A stretch of 62,741 bases of DNA, the filler included. It is 14 parts of 14 records of this genome, joined end to end, with 100 filler letters (N's around TTAATTAATTAA, not from the genome) between each part and the next. Parts side by side here need not be neighbours in the genome. Positions count along the whole stretch, not along the records: positions 32,371 to 39,537 come from SRR15195285_14918; positions 39,638 to 43,220 come from SRR15195285_14922; 12 more parts are not named here. One strand, written 5' to 3'. Each line of letters opens with the position of its first letter. Position 1 is the first letter of the stretch. Below the pieces are notes generated by a model. The model saw only the letters and a list, made by a program, of their open reading frames with translations. It made no database searches and was not told the DNA's origin. Shown here one piece after another: positions 32,731 to 43,192 of the stretch. Made by a program: the position numbers and the translations under genes.

Positions 32731-35700
32731 CTAAGAGGCAGACGACGTGGCTATGCTGCCGTCTGCTGCAGGGAGGGGGCAGTCGCGGCGTACCACTCGA
32801 TAGAACGTAGTCCGTGGGTTGAAGTCTGCATCCATCGTTGCTATCGTCATCCGTTTCTGCAACTGCCTCCTCTTTCGTACGAAAGTATTCCCACCGCGCT
32901 CATCCTCAATATCAACCTCAACCTCAGGGAAGTCATTGGACCCCTGCTGGAATAGGGGATTGTCATCGGAACCCTGCTGAATCTCTTGTCTGACTGGGTT
33001 GATGACGACTTCTTCGCCATCTACGGCGGCGCCCTGCGGGTCGGCTGCGTCATGCCTGAGGGTCGGATCCCTCGCAGGGCTCGCAGGGCTCGACGGGCTT
33101 GCATCAACTCTCGTCCTCTCACGCTCTTTTGAAAGCTTAATCATCAGGCGTAGGTTGTCGTCTTCTTGTGTGCGGCTCGCTACGTGCTTGTCCACCATGT
33201 GCATCTCGCGCCGGATATCGAACCATGCTTCGTGGGTCCACTGGCCATTAGGCTCCCTCTCGTCTTTCGCGCGGAACATCTCTGTCAGATCTGTTGTGCA
33301 GCCAATCTGGTCGTCCGTGGACGCACCGCCAGGATCCTCATCGAAGACACGGACCACCACGTCCTCCAGGGTCGCAGCGGTGTGGAAGTGCAACACGTTC
33401 TGATCGCTCTTCTCGAACACACACGCGTCGCCACCGCCGTGGATCGTTCTGGTTCTATGAGTGGCGGAATTCACACCAACGATGACGTATGGATCGTTGT
33501 CGCCAACGAGGTCCATCTTATGCAAGTTTCTGCACTCCAGCACAGTGGCCCTTATCTCGTGCGGATGACGCGAGGGTTCCGGCCGGCGCTCGAATCTAAC
33601 TTTGACTTCGCCAGTCTTCTCACCTCGTGGCTTGATCGCGTCATTTGTGAGTCCGTTCATCCGGTTGCAAACCGCGATGTTCCTCGCGGCAACATTGGCA
33701 AACAAAACGACGGCCCTCTTGTAGACAGCAACCAGCTCGGGAGTGTCGAGCTTCTTGACTATGTATTTTCCATCGGCATTCTTCTTCAGTGTCTTGATTG
33801 ACTTCGGCACATTCCGCCGTCTGACCATCTCGATCGCACGGCACTGGATAATGCGGGTAGCGGTCTCTTGCTGCTGGTGCAGGATGTCCAGCAACCGCTT
33901 GTGTTGGAGATCGTAGGGGAGGCACGCGTTCGACAGGTACAGCACACACGTAGCCATAAGTGCATTTTCGAACGTGACGTGCGTCTTTCGGCGGTTTGCC
34001 TTGAGGCCCACTTGCATTTCAAGCAGCAGCCTGTGCTCCCAGTTGTCGATCTCTTCAACGCGACCAAGAGGTTCTTGCAAGTTCCTGATCAACTCACAGA
34101 CATCATAGCAGTTGAGCCGGGGCTTACCCAGCTTGTGCTTACCCCTGCCAGCAACCACCGCAGCATCCCACTCCTTCTTGAACGCATCTGTGTGCTCTGA
34201 TTGAATTACTGAGTTCTCAGATGCCAGACTGATCTGTACATTCTCGAGTAGCATCGCAACGAAGAGGTTAATTAGCACGAAAGCGCCCACCACGTAGAAG
34301 ATGAAGAAGAACGCGAAAGAATGTCCGAATTCCGCCTGACCGGTGTCATAGTTCAGCTGCATTTCGTGCACCGTGTTCAAGAAGTCGTGCCCTGTGGCGA
34401 CCTCGAAGAGCAACCTCATCCCATGCGCTGACGAGTTGAAGTTCTCGTAGTTATTGAGGTTGGCAGGTGGGTCCTGAAACGGCTGTGTGTGGTAGAGGTG
34501 CATGCCGAGTACACCGAAAACGAAAAATACGAGAAGCATGAGCAGCGTAATGTTGATTACCCCGGGTAGGGACAGCACAAGGGCAGCAAAGAGAGCTTTC
34601 AGGTTGCTTGAGCCTCTAAACAGCGTTAAAATCCGAACAATGCGAGTGGCGCGCAGCGCCTGGACAGATGGAAGCGACCGCCCATCGAGCATGTGCTCCA
34701 TCACGAATGCCAGCCAAGATAGCCCGACCACCAGTAAATCGAACTTGGCCCAGCCAGACCTGATGAAAGGACCGAACCCGATCGCCAGGACACCGAGTAT
34801 CAACTCGAATGTGAAAAAGCACAGGCAGACCATGTTTGTTTCAAACTCCCATTCGATCACAAAAGAATTTTGCGGGTAAGAGACCGCAACTATGACCGCC
34901 ACTTGAACAAAAATAACACACGATACCACCAGCTCCCAAAACTTCCAGGTATACAGCCAGTGCGCTGCTTCGCGAATTGGGCTATCTGGGGGCACCTCAG
35001 TGACACTATGGGCACGAAGCACCAGTAGCTTCGCATGGACCCACTCCTGCTGCTTTCGTGTCAGAATTCCTGACCCAGAGCTCTCTGCAAAATAGTTTAC
35101 CAACACACCTGTGAACAACGACATCGAGAATGCTGCACCAATCATTTGAAACGCCACGAAGTATACGCAGTACGACCAACTGATATCTTGCACAGGCGCG
35201 AGGCCAGGACGCAGAGGAACGTCCTGACCAGCGTGCATGATGTCTACCCAGCCCTCGGTAGTCGCCATGTAGAACATGGTCTGAACGGCCCAGAAGATAT
35301 CGTCAAAATTGTACGGCGGATTGTTCCATTCCAGGACTCCATTTGACAAGTCTGCGATTTCGGACCTGACCTGATTCAAACAAGCTTGCGAACGGGAAGT
35401 CATAGGTCGAGTGAAACCGTCGTTTTCTTCGCCACCGAAACCCAAGTCGGGGGGACCAGTGCAGCAGGCCGATATGTTGATCAATCCATTGGTCCGGTTC
35501 TCGTTCCACGCACCGTGCCCATCACCGTAGTCGCACGGGTCGAGTCTGTCATTGGACGGCGGCGTTGTTGCATTGCTAGGAATAAACACAATGTCGAGCC
35601 CTGTGTCAACCAAGTCGTTATAGTTCGCATCTAAACCGTAGAACATCTGGAGACACATTTCCGCTGCAAAATCCTCGTCGCAGGTCTCTGACGCTGACGG

Positions 35701-38700
35701 CCCACATTCGCACCGGTAGAACATACCACCGAAAAGTGATAGGCCCAAGATACCAAAGCAGGTATAGATGATCAGCACGATGGTGAGGGCCGCTAAGACG
35801 GTTGGCACGCACCCCACGAGTACGTCCACGATCACCCTCAGCTGCTCCACATGTCTGATCGCGCGTACCGCGCGAAGGAGCCTGAGCATCCGCATAATTT
35901 TGAGCAAGGATAGATTAAAGTGCTCTGTACTCCCGCCTGCGTGAAAATATTCGATGATATATTCTAAAATCGCCGCCATGACGATGATAAAATCGAGGGC
36001 GTTCCACCCGTGTAAAATGTAATTGAGGAAGTTCGTGTCGATCACGCGCATAACGAACTCGAGAATGAACAGAGCCGTGCAGATGTGATTAAGCCACACC
36101 ACTTCGTCGGGTTGCGCTTCTGGATGGTAGCTCAAGCAGGCGGATGAGGCAATGATAGCTGCGAAAATGAGCGCCTCGAAGCACCAGTGCTGTGTGACAT
36201 CATGGCAGACGTGTCGAATGCGGTTGTTCTGCCTGATGCAGCAGCAGGAATAGCTCTTGTGACCAGTTTCCTGGCTTCTCTCGAAGTGTTTCAGGCTTCT
36301 GCCTTGTTCCTCAAGCCGATCCTGTTCTTGTTGAATCGCTCTCCCCAGTGCTGCAATTTCTTTTTTTCTGTTCTGGTGATCGCTTTCAATTAAGGTCTTT
36401 TCCTCCATCAACTCGGAACGCTGCTGTGTACGTAAAGAAGTCATATCCCCAGGTTCATTCTCAATAGCCTCGATGTCCTTCGATATTGCAAAGTAGCGCG
36501 TCGTCAGGTCGGAGTCATTGGCCTTGGCCTCGACGTGCCGTCTCTGTAAATCAATGAGAGTCGCAAGGTCATCGTCTTCATGAATATCGTGATGGCAACA
36601 GCCGCAAACCTTTTCAACGCACTTGCTGGTATGTTCCGCCCCAGTTGCCATCCCAAAAAGAGCCGTCTGGATTGCCCTAGATGCCGAATCATCACCATCC
36701 GCGGCGTCGGCCAGCCACTCCAGGATTGCCATGTCATCCTCGACAGCCTGCTGCCCACGCTTGTCGCGGTACGCCTGTTTCTGGTGGTTCATCTTCTCAT
36801 GTTCCGATATGGAGAAGTTTTGGAGGATAATCGCCGTGAACAAGTTCATCAGCATGAAGTTGTAGATCACAATGATCGCTAGGAAAAACGGCCCGGCGTA
36901 GGTCCCACAAGCCTCCACGTACTGAAACATAACCGGCGCCCAGTCCTCGCCTGTCAGCAGCTGAATGTTGGTCAGAAACGCGTTCCCGAACGAGTAGAAA
37001 TTGGACCTGCTGAGCTGCACCATCTCAAGCGCCTGGACCGGGTTGTGCTGACAGTCGCCGAAAACGTGCATGCAGATCGTCGCTACCAGGGTCACAGTGA
37101 AGAAGATCAGGCCGGTCATATTTACGACCGAGCCTCCAGAAGTTGTCAGCGCTTTAATCAGGTAGACAACCGTATCCACATTCGAAACCAACTTCAGGAG
37201 ACGCAGCATCCGGATCACGCGCAATATCAATCGGATCATCCGTGAAGCCGTGGCACCCTTGGCTTGCGGGTACATGATGCTGAGAATTGAAGCCAGCACG
37301 ACAAGGAAATCCAAATCGTGAAAGGGCACTGCAAAGTAAGGCTTCACTCCTAGCCCAAGAATTTTGACAATCACCTCTGAAACGTAGATGACAATGAACA
37401 CATAATCCAACATCTCCAAGGTCTGCTGCCATGGGGCCTGGGGATACGTTGTCGCCGCCATCACGATAGCATTGCAAAGAATCACCAGCCCAATGGCCTG
37501 ATCAAATCTTTGGTGAAGAACGACCTTCCGGCACGGCTCGGAGACACCCTTGATGTGCGGCCACGCCTCTGGGTTGTCGATCACAACTGACAGGCGGGAT
37601 ATCGAGCTCGACCCAATTTCCTGCACCACCAGCGTGTCTAATTGACCGTCCCCGGTTGTGTCTTCCTCACCGACAACCAGAATGTTGCCTGTACCATCCC
37701 CGTTAGTGTCAATAGCGTCCATGCGGCCGTCGTTCGTCTGGTCCATCAGTCTATCGCCGGACACGACTTCACCCTCGTGCTGCCCTGCGCCGAATTTCAA
37801 CCCCATGTCGTGGTGCCCTAGGACCTGGTGCATGGCCACCTTCTGCATCTCGCCCTCCATGTAAGAAACCGCGCGCGGGCCATCCTGGCGTGTGGCCAAA
37901 TCGCCGAGCCGCTTCTTCGCCATGTCCTGACGACTCAAGACCTGGCTGTACGAGAACGTCAGCACAGCGATGAATAGGTTCGCACCGAGCAACGCCAACA
38001 AGATCACCATGCCGAGCATCAGGGGCCACAGGTAACCGACTGCACACATGTCACCACACGCGGTCTCCTGAATGCGGCGCTCGATCAGCGGCCACTCATC
38101 CAGCGTAGTCATTACGAACAACGTCAGCACCGCCTGCCACATATTGTCAAACCCGAAGGTGTTTGATGCATCCATCCAGTCTCCCGTTTCGCGGTACCGG
38201 TCAGGTACCGCGTAGCAAGGGCCCACCCCATCGACCGGTTGGAGGCCTAGGCTCTCGTTGTACGAGTCAGCAGCAGCTTTGCATGCTTTGTTCATGGTTT
38301 TCGGGCAGCCTTCGGCGACACCCACACCGACAGGAATCAGCTTCTCACGGTGCACAGCGTCGACAGCATCCCAGCTGAACGCGGTCCCGAGCGCCGGAAT
38401 ATCGGCTACCGGTAGGTCATGGAACGCAGGATCGCATGTCCTGCTGACAAGTCCTTGCCACAGCTCAATACCAAAGCTGCCGAAGATGACGAAGAAGATC
38501 GTCATCAGCATCGTCACCGTCGCCATCTGCGGCCCGGAGTACGATATGGCTGCTAACAGCGTCTTCACACCTTTGAAATAGCGCAGCGTGTGCAGCGGGC
38601 GAATCAAGCGCATCGTGAGCAGAATCTCGGTCAACTCCTCCCTGTGAACTCGTTCTTCGACCGTGAGGTCGTCTGTGGGCAGGGCTCGCAGGATCACCAC

Positions 38701-39534
38701 CGCCCATGCGCTCACAACAATGATGAAGTCCAGCAAGTTCCAGCCGCTGCGCAGGTACGTGCTCCTGCCCATCACGAAGCCTTGCGCAATGATTCGCAGC
38801 GCTGCCTCCACCGTGAACACCACCAGCGCCAGCACTTCGAAGATTGACGCAGTGTTTAGATCGTCAGTCAGCCCGTCGGAGTATCTGCGCATGGGGCTGT
38901 CCATCGCCAGCCCGACCATCATGACCAGGATCGTGCCCACGACCGTGTACTCGAAAATCACGTTGTTGATGATGTCGGATGCCCAGATCCGCAGCGGGTG
39001 GTCCGCGCGGAACAGCCTCAGCGAAGTGCCCGCCATCCCCTCGACGGCGGCGTACTTGAACAGGTCCTCGTCAATATCCCACGCCAAGTCTGCTTCGTCG
39101 TCGTCTTCGTCAATGTGGTTGCCGTCCGCGTCGAGATTGTCGCCCGTAGCCATACTGATCAGCTGCATCAGCCGCTCGTGGCGCTCCTGCTCTGTTTTGA
39201 ACGATCCCATCACGCTGGAGCTCGCACCTTGCGACATGCCCATCATCCCGTCATCCCCTTCGTAGCGCCGCAAGTGGGACATGCCTCCATCCAGGTCTTC
39301 GTCGTGGAACTCGTCCGACTTGAAGTCCACTATGGGCGCGGCGCCCGTGAGCAGCGCGGTGCCCTTGTGCAGCCGACCGGCGCCAGACAACAGCCCGCCG
39401 CCTAGCCCCGCAAGGCCGCCCTTGCCCAATCCTGCGAGACCGACCAGCCCCGCGAGCGCGCCGCCTTCATCCCCAAGGTCGCTTGCCGAGCCGCCCGACG
39501 ACGCAAGCGATCGACTCGAGCCGTCCGACTCCAT
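32731..39534 (-). CDS. Four-domain voltage-gated cation channel alpha subunit (Cav/Nav superfamily) with IQ-like motif and C-terminal C2 domain
   Basis: 2267-aa ORF with four 6-TM repeats; S4 segments (MRLIRPLHTLR, RMIRLILRVIRMLRLLK, KIMRMLRLLRAVRAIR, LRATRIVRIL); pore loops TLDEW/TGEDW/TTEGW/TGHDF; YLRSGWNLLDF, NFDDIFWA, LINLFVAMLLEN; C2 motif MDLVGDNDPYV..VFDED..DDQIG. The ATG lies 3 nt from the contig edge, so the gene may be 5'-partial. Confidence 0.95.
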   Translation of the reverse strand: MESDGSSRSLASSGGSASDLGDEGGALAGLVGLAGLGKGGLAGLGGGLLSGAGRLHKGTALLTGAAPIVDFKSDEFHDEDLDGGMSHLRRYEGDDGMMGMSQGASSSVMGSFKTEQERHERLMQLISMATGDNLDADGNHIDEDDDEADLAWDIDEDLFKYAAVEGMAGTSLRLFRADHPLRIWASDIINNVIFEYTVVGTILVMMVGLAMDSPMRRYSDGLTDDLNTASIFEVLALVVFTVEAALRIIAQGFVMGRSTYLRSGWNLLDFIIVVSAWAVVILRALPTDDLTVEERVHREELTEILLTMRLIRPLHTLRYFKGVKTLLAAISYSGPQMATVTMLMTIFFVIFGSFGIELWQGLVSRTCDPAFHDLPVADIPALGTAFSWDAVDAVHREKLIPVGVGVAEGCPKTMNKACKAAADSYNESLGLQPVDGVGPCYAVPDRYRETGDWMDASNTFGFDNMWQAVLTLFVMTTLDEWPLIERRIQETACGDMCAVGYLWPLMLGMVILLALLGANLFIAVLTFSYSQVLSRQDMAKKRLGDLATRQDGPRAVSYMEGEMQKVAMHQVLGHHDMGLKFGAGQHEGEVVSGDRLMDQTNDGRMDAIDTNGDGTGNILVVGEEDTTGDGQLDTLVVQEIGSSSISRLSVVIDNPEAWPHIKGVSEPCRKVVLHQRFDQAIGLVILCNAIVMAATTYPQAPWQQTLEMLDYVFIVIYVSEVIVKILGLGVKPYFAVPFHDLDFLVVLASILSIMYPQAKGATASRMIRLILRVIRMLRLLKLVSNVDTVVYLIKALTTSGGSVVNMTGLIFFTVTLVATICMHVFGDCQHNPVQALEMVQLSRSNFYSFGNAFLTNIQLLTGEDWAPVMFQYVEACGTYAGPFFLAIIVIYNFMLMNLFTAIILQNFSISEHEKMNHQKQAYRDKRGQQAVEDDMAILEWLADAADGDDSASRAIQTALFGMATGAEHTSKCVEKVCGCCHHDIHEDDDLATLIDLQRRHVEAKANDSDLTTRYFAISKDIEAIENEPGDMTSLRTQQRSELMEEKTLIESDHQNRKKEIAALGRAIQQEQDRLEEQGRSLKHFERSQETGHKSYSCCCIRQNNRIRHVCHDVTQHWCFEALIFAAIIASSACLSYHPEAQPDEVVWLNHICTALFILEFVMRVIDTNFLNYILHGWNALDFIIVMAAILEYIIEYFHAGGSTEHFNLSLLKIMRMLRLLRAVRAIRHVEQLRVIVDVLVGCVPTVLAALTIVLIIYTCFGILGLSLFGGMFYRCECGPSASETCDEDFAAEMCLQMFYGLDANYNDLVDTGLDIVFIPSNATTPPSNDRLDPCDYGDGHGAWNENRTNGLINISACCTGPPDLGFGGEENDGFTRPMTSRSQACLNQVRSEIADLSNGVLEWNNPPYNFDDIFWAVQTMFYMATTEGWVDIMHAGQDVPLRPGLAPVQDISWSYCVYFVAFQMIGAAFSMSLFTGVLVNYFAESSGSGILTRKQQEWVHAKLLVLRAHSVTEVPPDSPIREAAHWLYTWKFWELVVSCVIFVQVAVIVAVSYPQNSFVIEWEFETNMVCLCFFTFELILGVLAIGFGPFIRSGWAKFDLLVVGLSWLAFVMEHMLDGRSLPSVQALRATRIVRILTLFRGSSNLKALFAALVLSLPGVINITLLMLLVFFVFGVLGMHLYHTQPFQDPPANLNNYENFNSSAHGMRLLFEVATGHDFLNTVHEMQLNYDTGQAEFGHSFAFFFIFYVVGAFVLINLFVAMLLENVQISLASENSVIQSEHTDAFKKEWDAAVVAGRGKHKLGKPRLNCYDVCELIRNLQEPLGRVEEIDNWEHRLLLEMQVGLKANRRKTHVTFENALMATCVLYLSNACLPYDLQHKRLLDILHQQQETATRIIQCRAIEMVRRRNVPKSIKTLKKNADGKYIVKKLDTPELVAVYKRAVVLFANVAARNIAVCNRMNGLTNDAIKPRGEKTGEVKVRFERRPEPSRHPHEIRATVLECRNLHKMDLVGDNDPYVIVGVNSATHRTRTIHGGGDACVFEKSDQNVLHFHTAATLEDVVVRVFDEDPGGASTDDQIGCTTDLTEMFRAKDEREPNGQWTHEAWFDIRREMHMVDKHVASRTQEDDNLRLMIKLSKERERTRVDASPSSPASPARDPTLRHDAADPQGAAVDGEEVVINPVRQEIQQGSDDNPLFQQGSNDFPEVEVDIEDERGGNTFVRKRRQLQKRMTIATMDADFNPRTTFYRVVRRDCPLPAADGSIATSSAS

Positions 39535-39537
39535 CTG

Positions 39538-39637
39538 NNNNNNNNNNNNNNNNNNNNNNNNNNNNNNNNNNNNNNNNNNNNTTAATTAATTAANNNNNNN
39601 NNNNNNNNNNNNNNNNNNNNNNNNNNNNNNNNNNNNN
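39538..39637. other. Artificial contig spacer
   Basis: N44-TTAATTAATTAA-N44. Confidence 0.99.
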
Positions 39638-42600
39638 AAGCAAATAGGCGCGAACACCTACATCCGCGTGGCGCCTGGAGAGGATTGGACCGTGGGTACT
39701 GTTTTCGCTGTGCAACAAGGCAAGGCGAAGCAGTATTCGGAGCTTAAGAACGATCTGGTTGAGGGGCTGGAAATCGACGAATTGCTGACAAAGCACTACG
39801 AGAAGGCTCTGCAGGCATTCGAAGCTTGGGAGTCGATCGATCCACATCTACTGAGCGTTGGCGTCGAAGATCTCGGTCCTTTGTTTATGACGGTGTTGAA
39901 GCATGCCGTCAGAAACTCTGCAAAAAAGGGGCAAATCCGTGATGAGTTGAAAATCGCAGAGCGTTTGCTCGAGAAGCTTGGTCCTATTGAAGCGCCGACT
40001 GGGATCCACGAGCATCGATTTGACCTGATCGATTTCACTTTGCAAGATGAAAATGGACGGACACTGAAGTGGCTATGCAGGCATCTCAGTACTGATGACA
40101 ACGGTGATCCGAGGCAGCCGTTCTGCGATCTGCCAGACGGGGTTGACTCGTCCGTTCCATTCTATCTTTATCGAGTTGACTCGTTGACTGTGCCGGACCA
40201 AATTGAGACGGTCGTGCACAGTGTTTGGCCGCTGTACCTTCTTGCTAGTCACGTGACGTACTACCTTGACCTGTTCCTGGACTACACAGTGACGCGACAG
40301 TATTGGAGAGCGGGTGGGTGCAAGTGGCGTAGCGGTTTTCCGTGGCAAGACGTGGACGATGATGACCATAATTATTGTGGTCAAGACACATATGACTGGT
40401 GGGAACCGGAATGTATTCCTGGTGAAACTACTCTTGAATCTGGTGATCATCCCGAGTGCATAGTGGACACGAGAAAGAGCGTGTACGTGGTGTACTCTAT
40501 ATTGTTTTTTTTCATCGGCGTTGTCGTCACGTGTTGTTTCGACGCTATCACCACTATGACAACCTCCTCCGACAGAAAGTCTAAGGACAAATGGTCCGAG
40601 CTTGGCTGGAAGTGCCTTCTTAACGTGCTGTATCTACGACTGCCGTACGAAGCCTGGGGAAGAGCATATCGCGCGTGGTCAACCACTATTGAAGACATGT
40701 ACGGCAAAAAGATCGAAAAGACGCCACGCATGCCCCCGATGTCCTGGGATCAGGTGAAATGTAGCGAAGGCATTTTCGAAGCCTTGCCGCAAAGCATGCT
40801 GCAAGCTTTTGTGGTAATCAATGATCTATATCGTGGACGTAGTGTGACCATTGTGCAGACGCTGTCTTTGCTCACGTCCTATGGGAATATTGCGTTTGTG
40901 CTCGGTATGATGGGGCCTCCAGATATTCGGATGGGATGGCGCGCTATGTTTATGATATTCGTAGGTGTGAATGTCGTGTTGCGTTCTGCAGCATTCTCGT
41001 TTTTGACAATCTTGGACACCGACATGAGAAATGCAGAAGTCGAGTTGGATCCAAATTACAACGGCTGGTGGGGACAGATTGCAATGCTGTACATGCTGTT
41101 GTCATTCATCGTGACGGTTCTCTTCACGTTCGGACTGCAGAAGAAGGAGCTGAATCTATCCAGCGTCATTTTGGCGCTGATAGAGTTCATGTGTCCGGTT
41201 GATATCAGCCAGTTTACCGTGCTGAAAACAGCACAGCCACGGTCTCCGCAAGTGCCATTCGCAGTCGTTCGATTCTTGGAAATCACAGTCATTTGTTCGC
41301 TGTTTGCACAAATTCAAGACTTCATCCCTGTGATTCCAATGGATGTCCGGTCGCTAGATGCGTCTGTTTCTTCCGGACAGAGCACGGTAACGAGGTACTT
41401 GGCACCAGCGCAGAACTCAACAGACCAGCTCATTGCTTACGGGGCTGCACACGAATTCGCACTGCCATGGGAAGTTTGTTATCTTTCGGGGACAGAGGTT
41501 GTTCCGCCCGAACAGGATCTGAATGCCGACGCTGATGCCGAGGAGTCTCTGGGTGACGGCGGGTCTCTTGATGACGACAAGAATCGCTGGTTACTTTTTC
41601 CGTCGCTGCCGAGTAAGGGCAGGTGGCCGGATCAACTGGTGCGCGTCGAGCGCGTATTTCCGTTTAACATCGGGGCAATCTTGACGGCCGTAATCCTCAT
41701 GAACGCATTCACCTACTTCATGACTGTGGTGTTTCCGAGAAGACTGCTCGATCCAATGCCGCCGCAGCTAAAGGTACTGGCGAAGGGGTCGGAGATCAGA
41801 AGCCTTACAGCGTGCTGCCGCCGTAAGGAAGTTGGCGATTTCAAGCAGTTCGTGAAAGATGTAGGTGGCGAAGGTGGTGACATTGCACTGACGTTGCTCA
41901 CTGAGTCACTGAGGGTAGATGAAGCAGAGGTCCAGAAGGCACGCGAGCATAAACGCGCAAAACATGAGGAGCGGCGTCTGCAGAAACAGGGCAAAGCAGC
42001 AATTGACACGCTGGACCGTTTACTGAAGGATTTGGCTCGTGGGAAGCAAGATGTGCGTGACACGGTACATGCAGACAACCTTGAGAAACTCGACCAGTAC
42101 GCCACCTTGTACGGCATCGACACTACGTTCTGGTTTCACCATCCTGAGCCAGAGCCGGAGCCGGAGCCCGAGCCCGAAACAGAGCTGGACTTGGAGCTCG
42201 CAGAATCCGAGGAGCCAGACCTGGACACACATTCAACTGGCACCAGCGTGCCACCTAGTCCCGTAGTTGCGGTCATTCAGCAAACAAGAGCGAATGGTTC
42301 ATCGCATTTGGACAGGGCAGCCACGTTGTTGAACTTGCGGTCCATATCAGCATTACGTGCGGCCGAACAGACCGGTACCGGTGACGAGTCTAGCAACCCA
42401 GATGCCAATCAAACGCGGGTAACAGACCCCAAGGAATCACGAACTGCAATCCCTACGCACGAAGAGTTTAAGCCTCGGGATGCATCGGCGCCGCCCAGCT
42501 TGCCGTCGTCCGCCAAGCTATCCACGCGCGTGGCAAGTTCTAAAAAGGCGCTAGATGTGCTTGGGGAGGCTTCGGAACCCAGTGCAGAATCCAGCGCACA

Positions 42601-42832
42601 TTCACTAGTAGCTGAAGGAAGCAGCGCTGCGCCTGCACCGATGGCAAGTCTTGCACCACGGCCAGCTGTTTCTGATACGCAGGTGGTGAACGCTCCAACT
42701 GACACCGCCTCTAAATTGGCAGCCATACGCGCCAGAACAGCCGCTATAGCGGCAACGAGGCGGATGGCGGCCCAGGAAGCTGGTGGCGGACCAATGGCGA
42801 GACATGACCTAGAACGTGGGGCAGGGCGATGA
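39638..42832 (+). CDS. 5'-partial XK-related (Xkr scramblase-like) multipass membrane protein
   Basis: Frame is open from the contig edge; first TM YYLDLFLDYTVTRQYW and signature SEGIFEALPQSMLQ (compare XK E..LES.PQ..LQ); about 9-10 hydrophobic segments; coiled-coil/disordered tail with a (PE)n tract. Confidence 0.72.
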   Translation, partial: KQIGANTYIRVAPGEDWTVGTVFAVQQGKAKQYSELKNDLVEGLEIDELLTKHYEKALQAFEAWESIDPHLLSVGVEDLGPLFMTVLKHAVRNSAKKGQIRDELKIAERLLEKLGPIEAPTGIHEHRFDLIDFTLQDENGRTLKWLCRHLSTDDNGDPRQPFCDLPDGVDSSVPFYLYRVDSLTVPDQIETVVHSVWPLYLLASHVTYYLDLFLDYTVTRQYWRAGGCKWRSGFPWQDVDDDDHNYCGQDTYDWWEPECIPGETTLESGDHPECIVDTRKSVYVVYSILFFFIGVVVTCCFDAITTMTTSSDRKSKDKWSELGWKCLLNVLYLRLPYEAWGRAYRAWSTTIEDMYGKKIEKTPRMPPMSWDQVKCSEGIFEALPQSMLQAFVVINDLYRGRSVTIVQTLSLLTSYGNIAFVLGMMGPPDIRMGWRAMFMIFVGVNVVLRSAAFSFLTILDTDMRNAEVELDPNYNGWWGQIAMLYMLLSFIVTVLFTFGLQKKELNLSSVILALIEFMCPVDISQFTVLKTAQPRSPQVPFAVVRFLEITVICSLFAQIQDFIPVIPMDVRSLDASVSSGQSTVTRYLAPAQNSTDQLIAYGAAHEFALPWEVCYLSGTEVVPPEQDLNADADAEESLGDGGSLDDDKNRWLLFPSLPSKGRWPDQLVRVERVFPFNIGAILTAVILMNAFTYFMTVVFPRRLLDPMPPQLKVLAKGSEIRSLTACCRRKEVGDFKQFVKDVGGEGGDIALTLLTESLRVDEAEVQKAREHKRAKHEERRLQKQGKAAIDTLDRLLKDLARGKQDVRDTVHADNLEKLDQYATLYGIDTTFWFHHPEPEPEPEPEPETELDLELAESEEPDLDTHSTGTSVPPSPVVAVIQQTRANGSSHLDRAATLLNLRSISALRAAEQTGTGDESSNPDANQTRVTDPKESRTAIPTHEEFKPRDASAPPSLPSSAKLSTRVASSKKALDVLGEASEPSAESSAHSLVAEGSSAAPAPMASLAPRPAVSDTQVVNAPTDTASKLAAIRARTAAIAATRRMAAQEAGGGPMARHDLERGAGR

Positions 42833-43192
42833 TGATAGGAGGCTCAGCGGCACGTGTCATGCGCTGCGTGGAATGTCAACACATACTGGTTTGCATGATT
42901 GCATTTAACTATCGGTGCATTGTGGGCCAAACTGATGCGTCGTGTTGGTGTGCTCTTTCGCATCTCAACTTCTCAAGTGCGCCTTGGGCGGAGGCCATGC
43001 AGCCGAGCGGGTCTCCTTACGCCCTTGACCTGGGTGCGGCTACTGTCTCTTCCCAAGCAAAACAGTGCAGAAGCACACATATGGTCGTATAGTGGCCGAA
43101 GGGGCATGTGGTCATGTGGTCCTGTGTCTTTTTGCGTTTTGGGCAATTAGATGTCCCCCTTCCCCCTACCAGCACTGGCTCGGCAACCTGAT

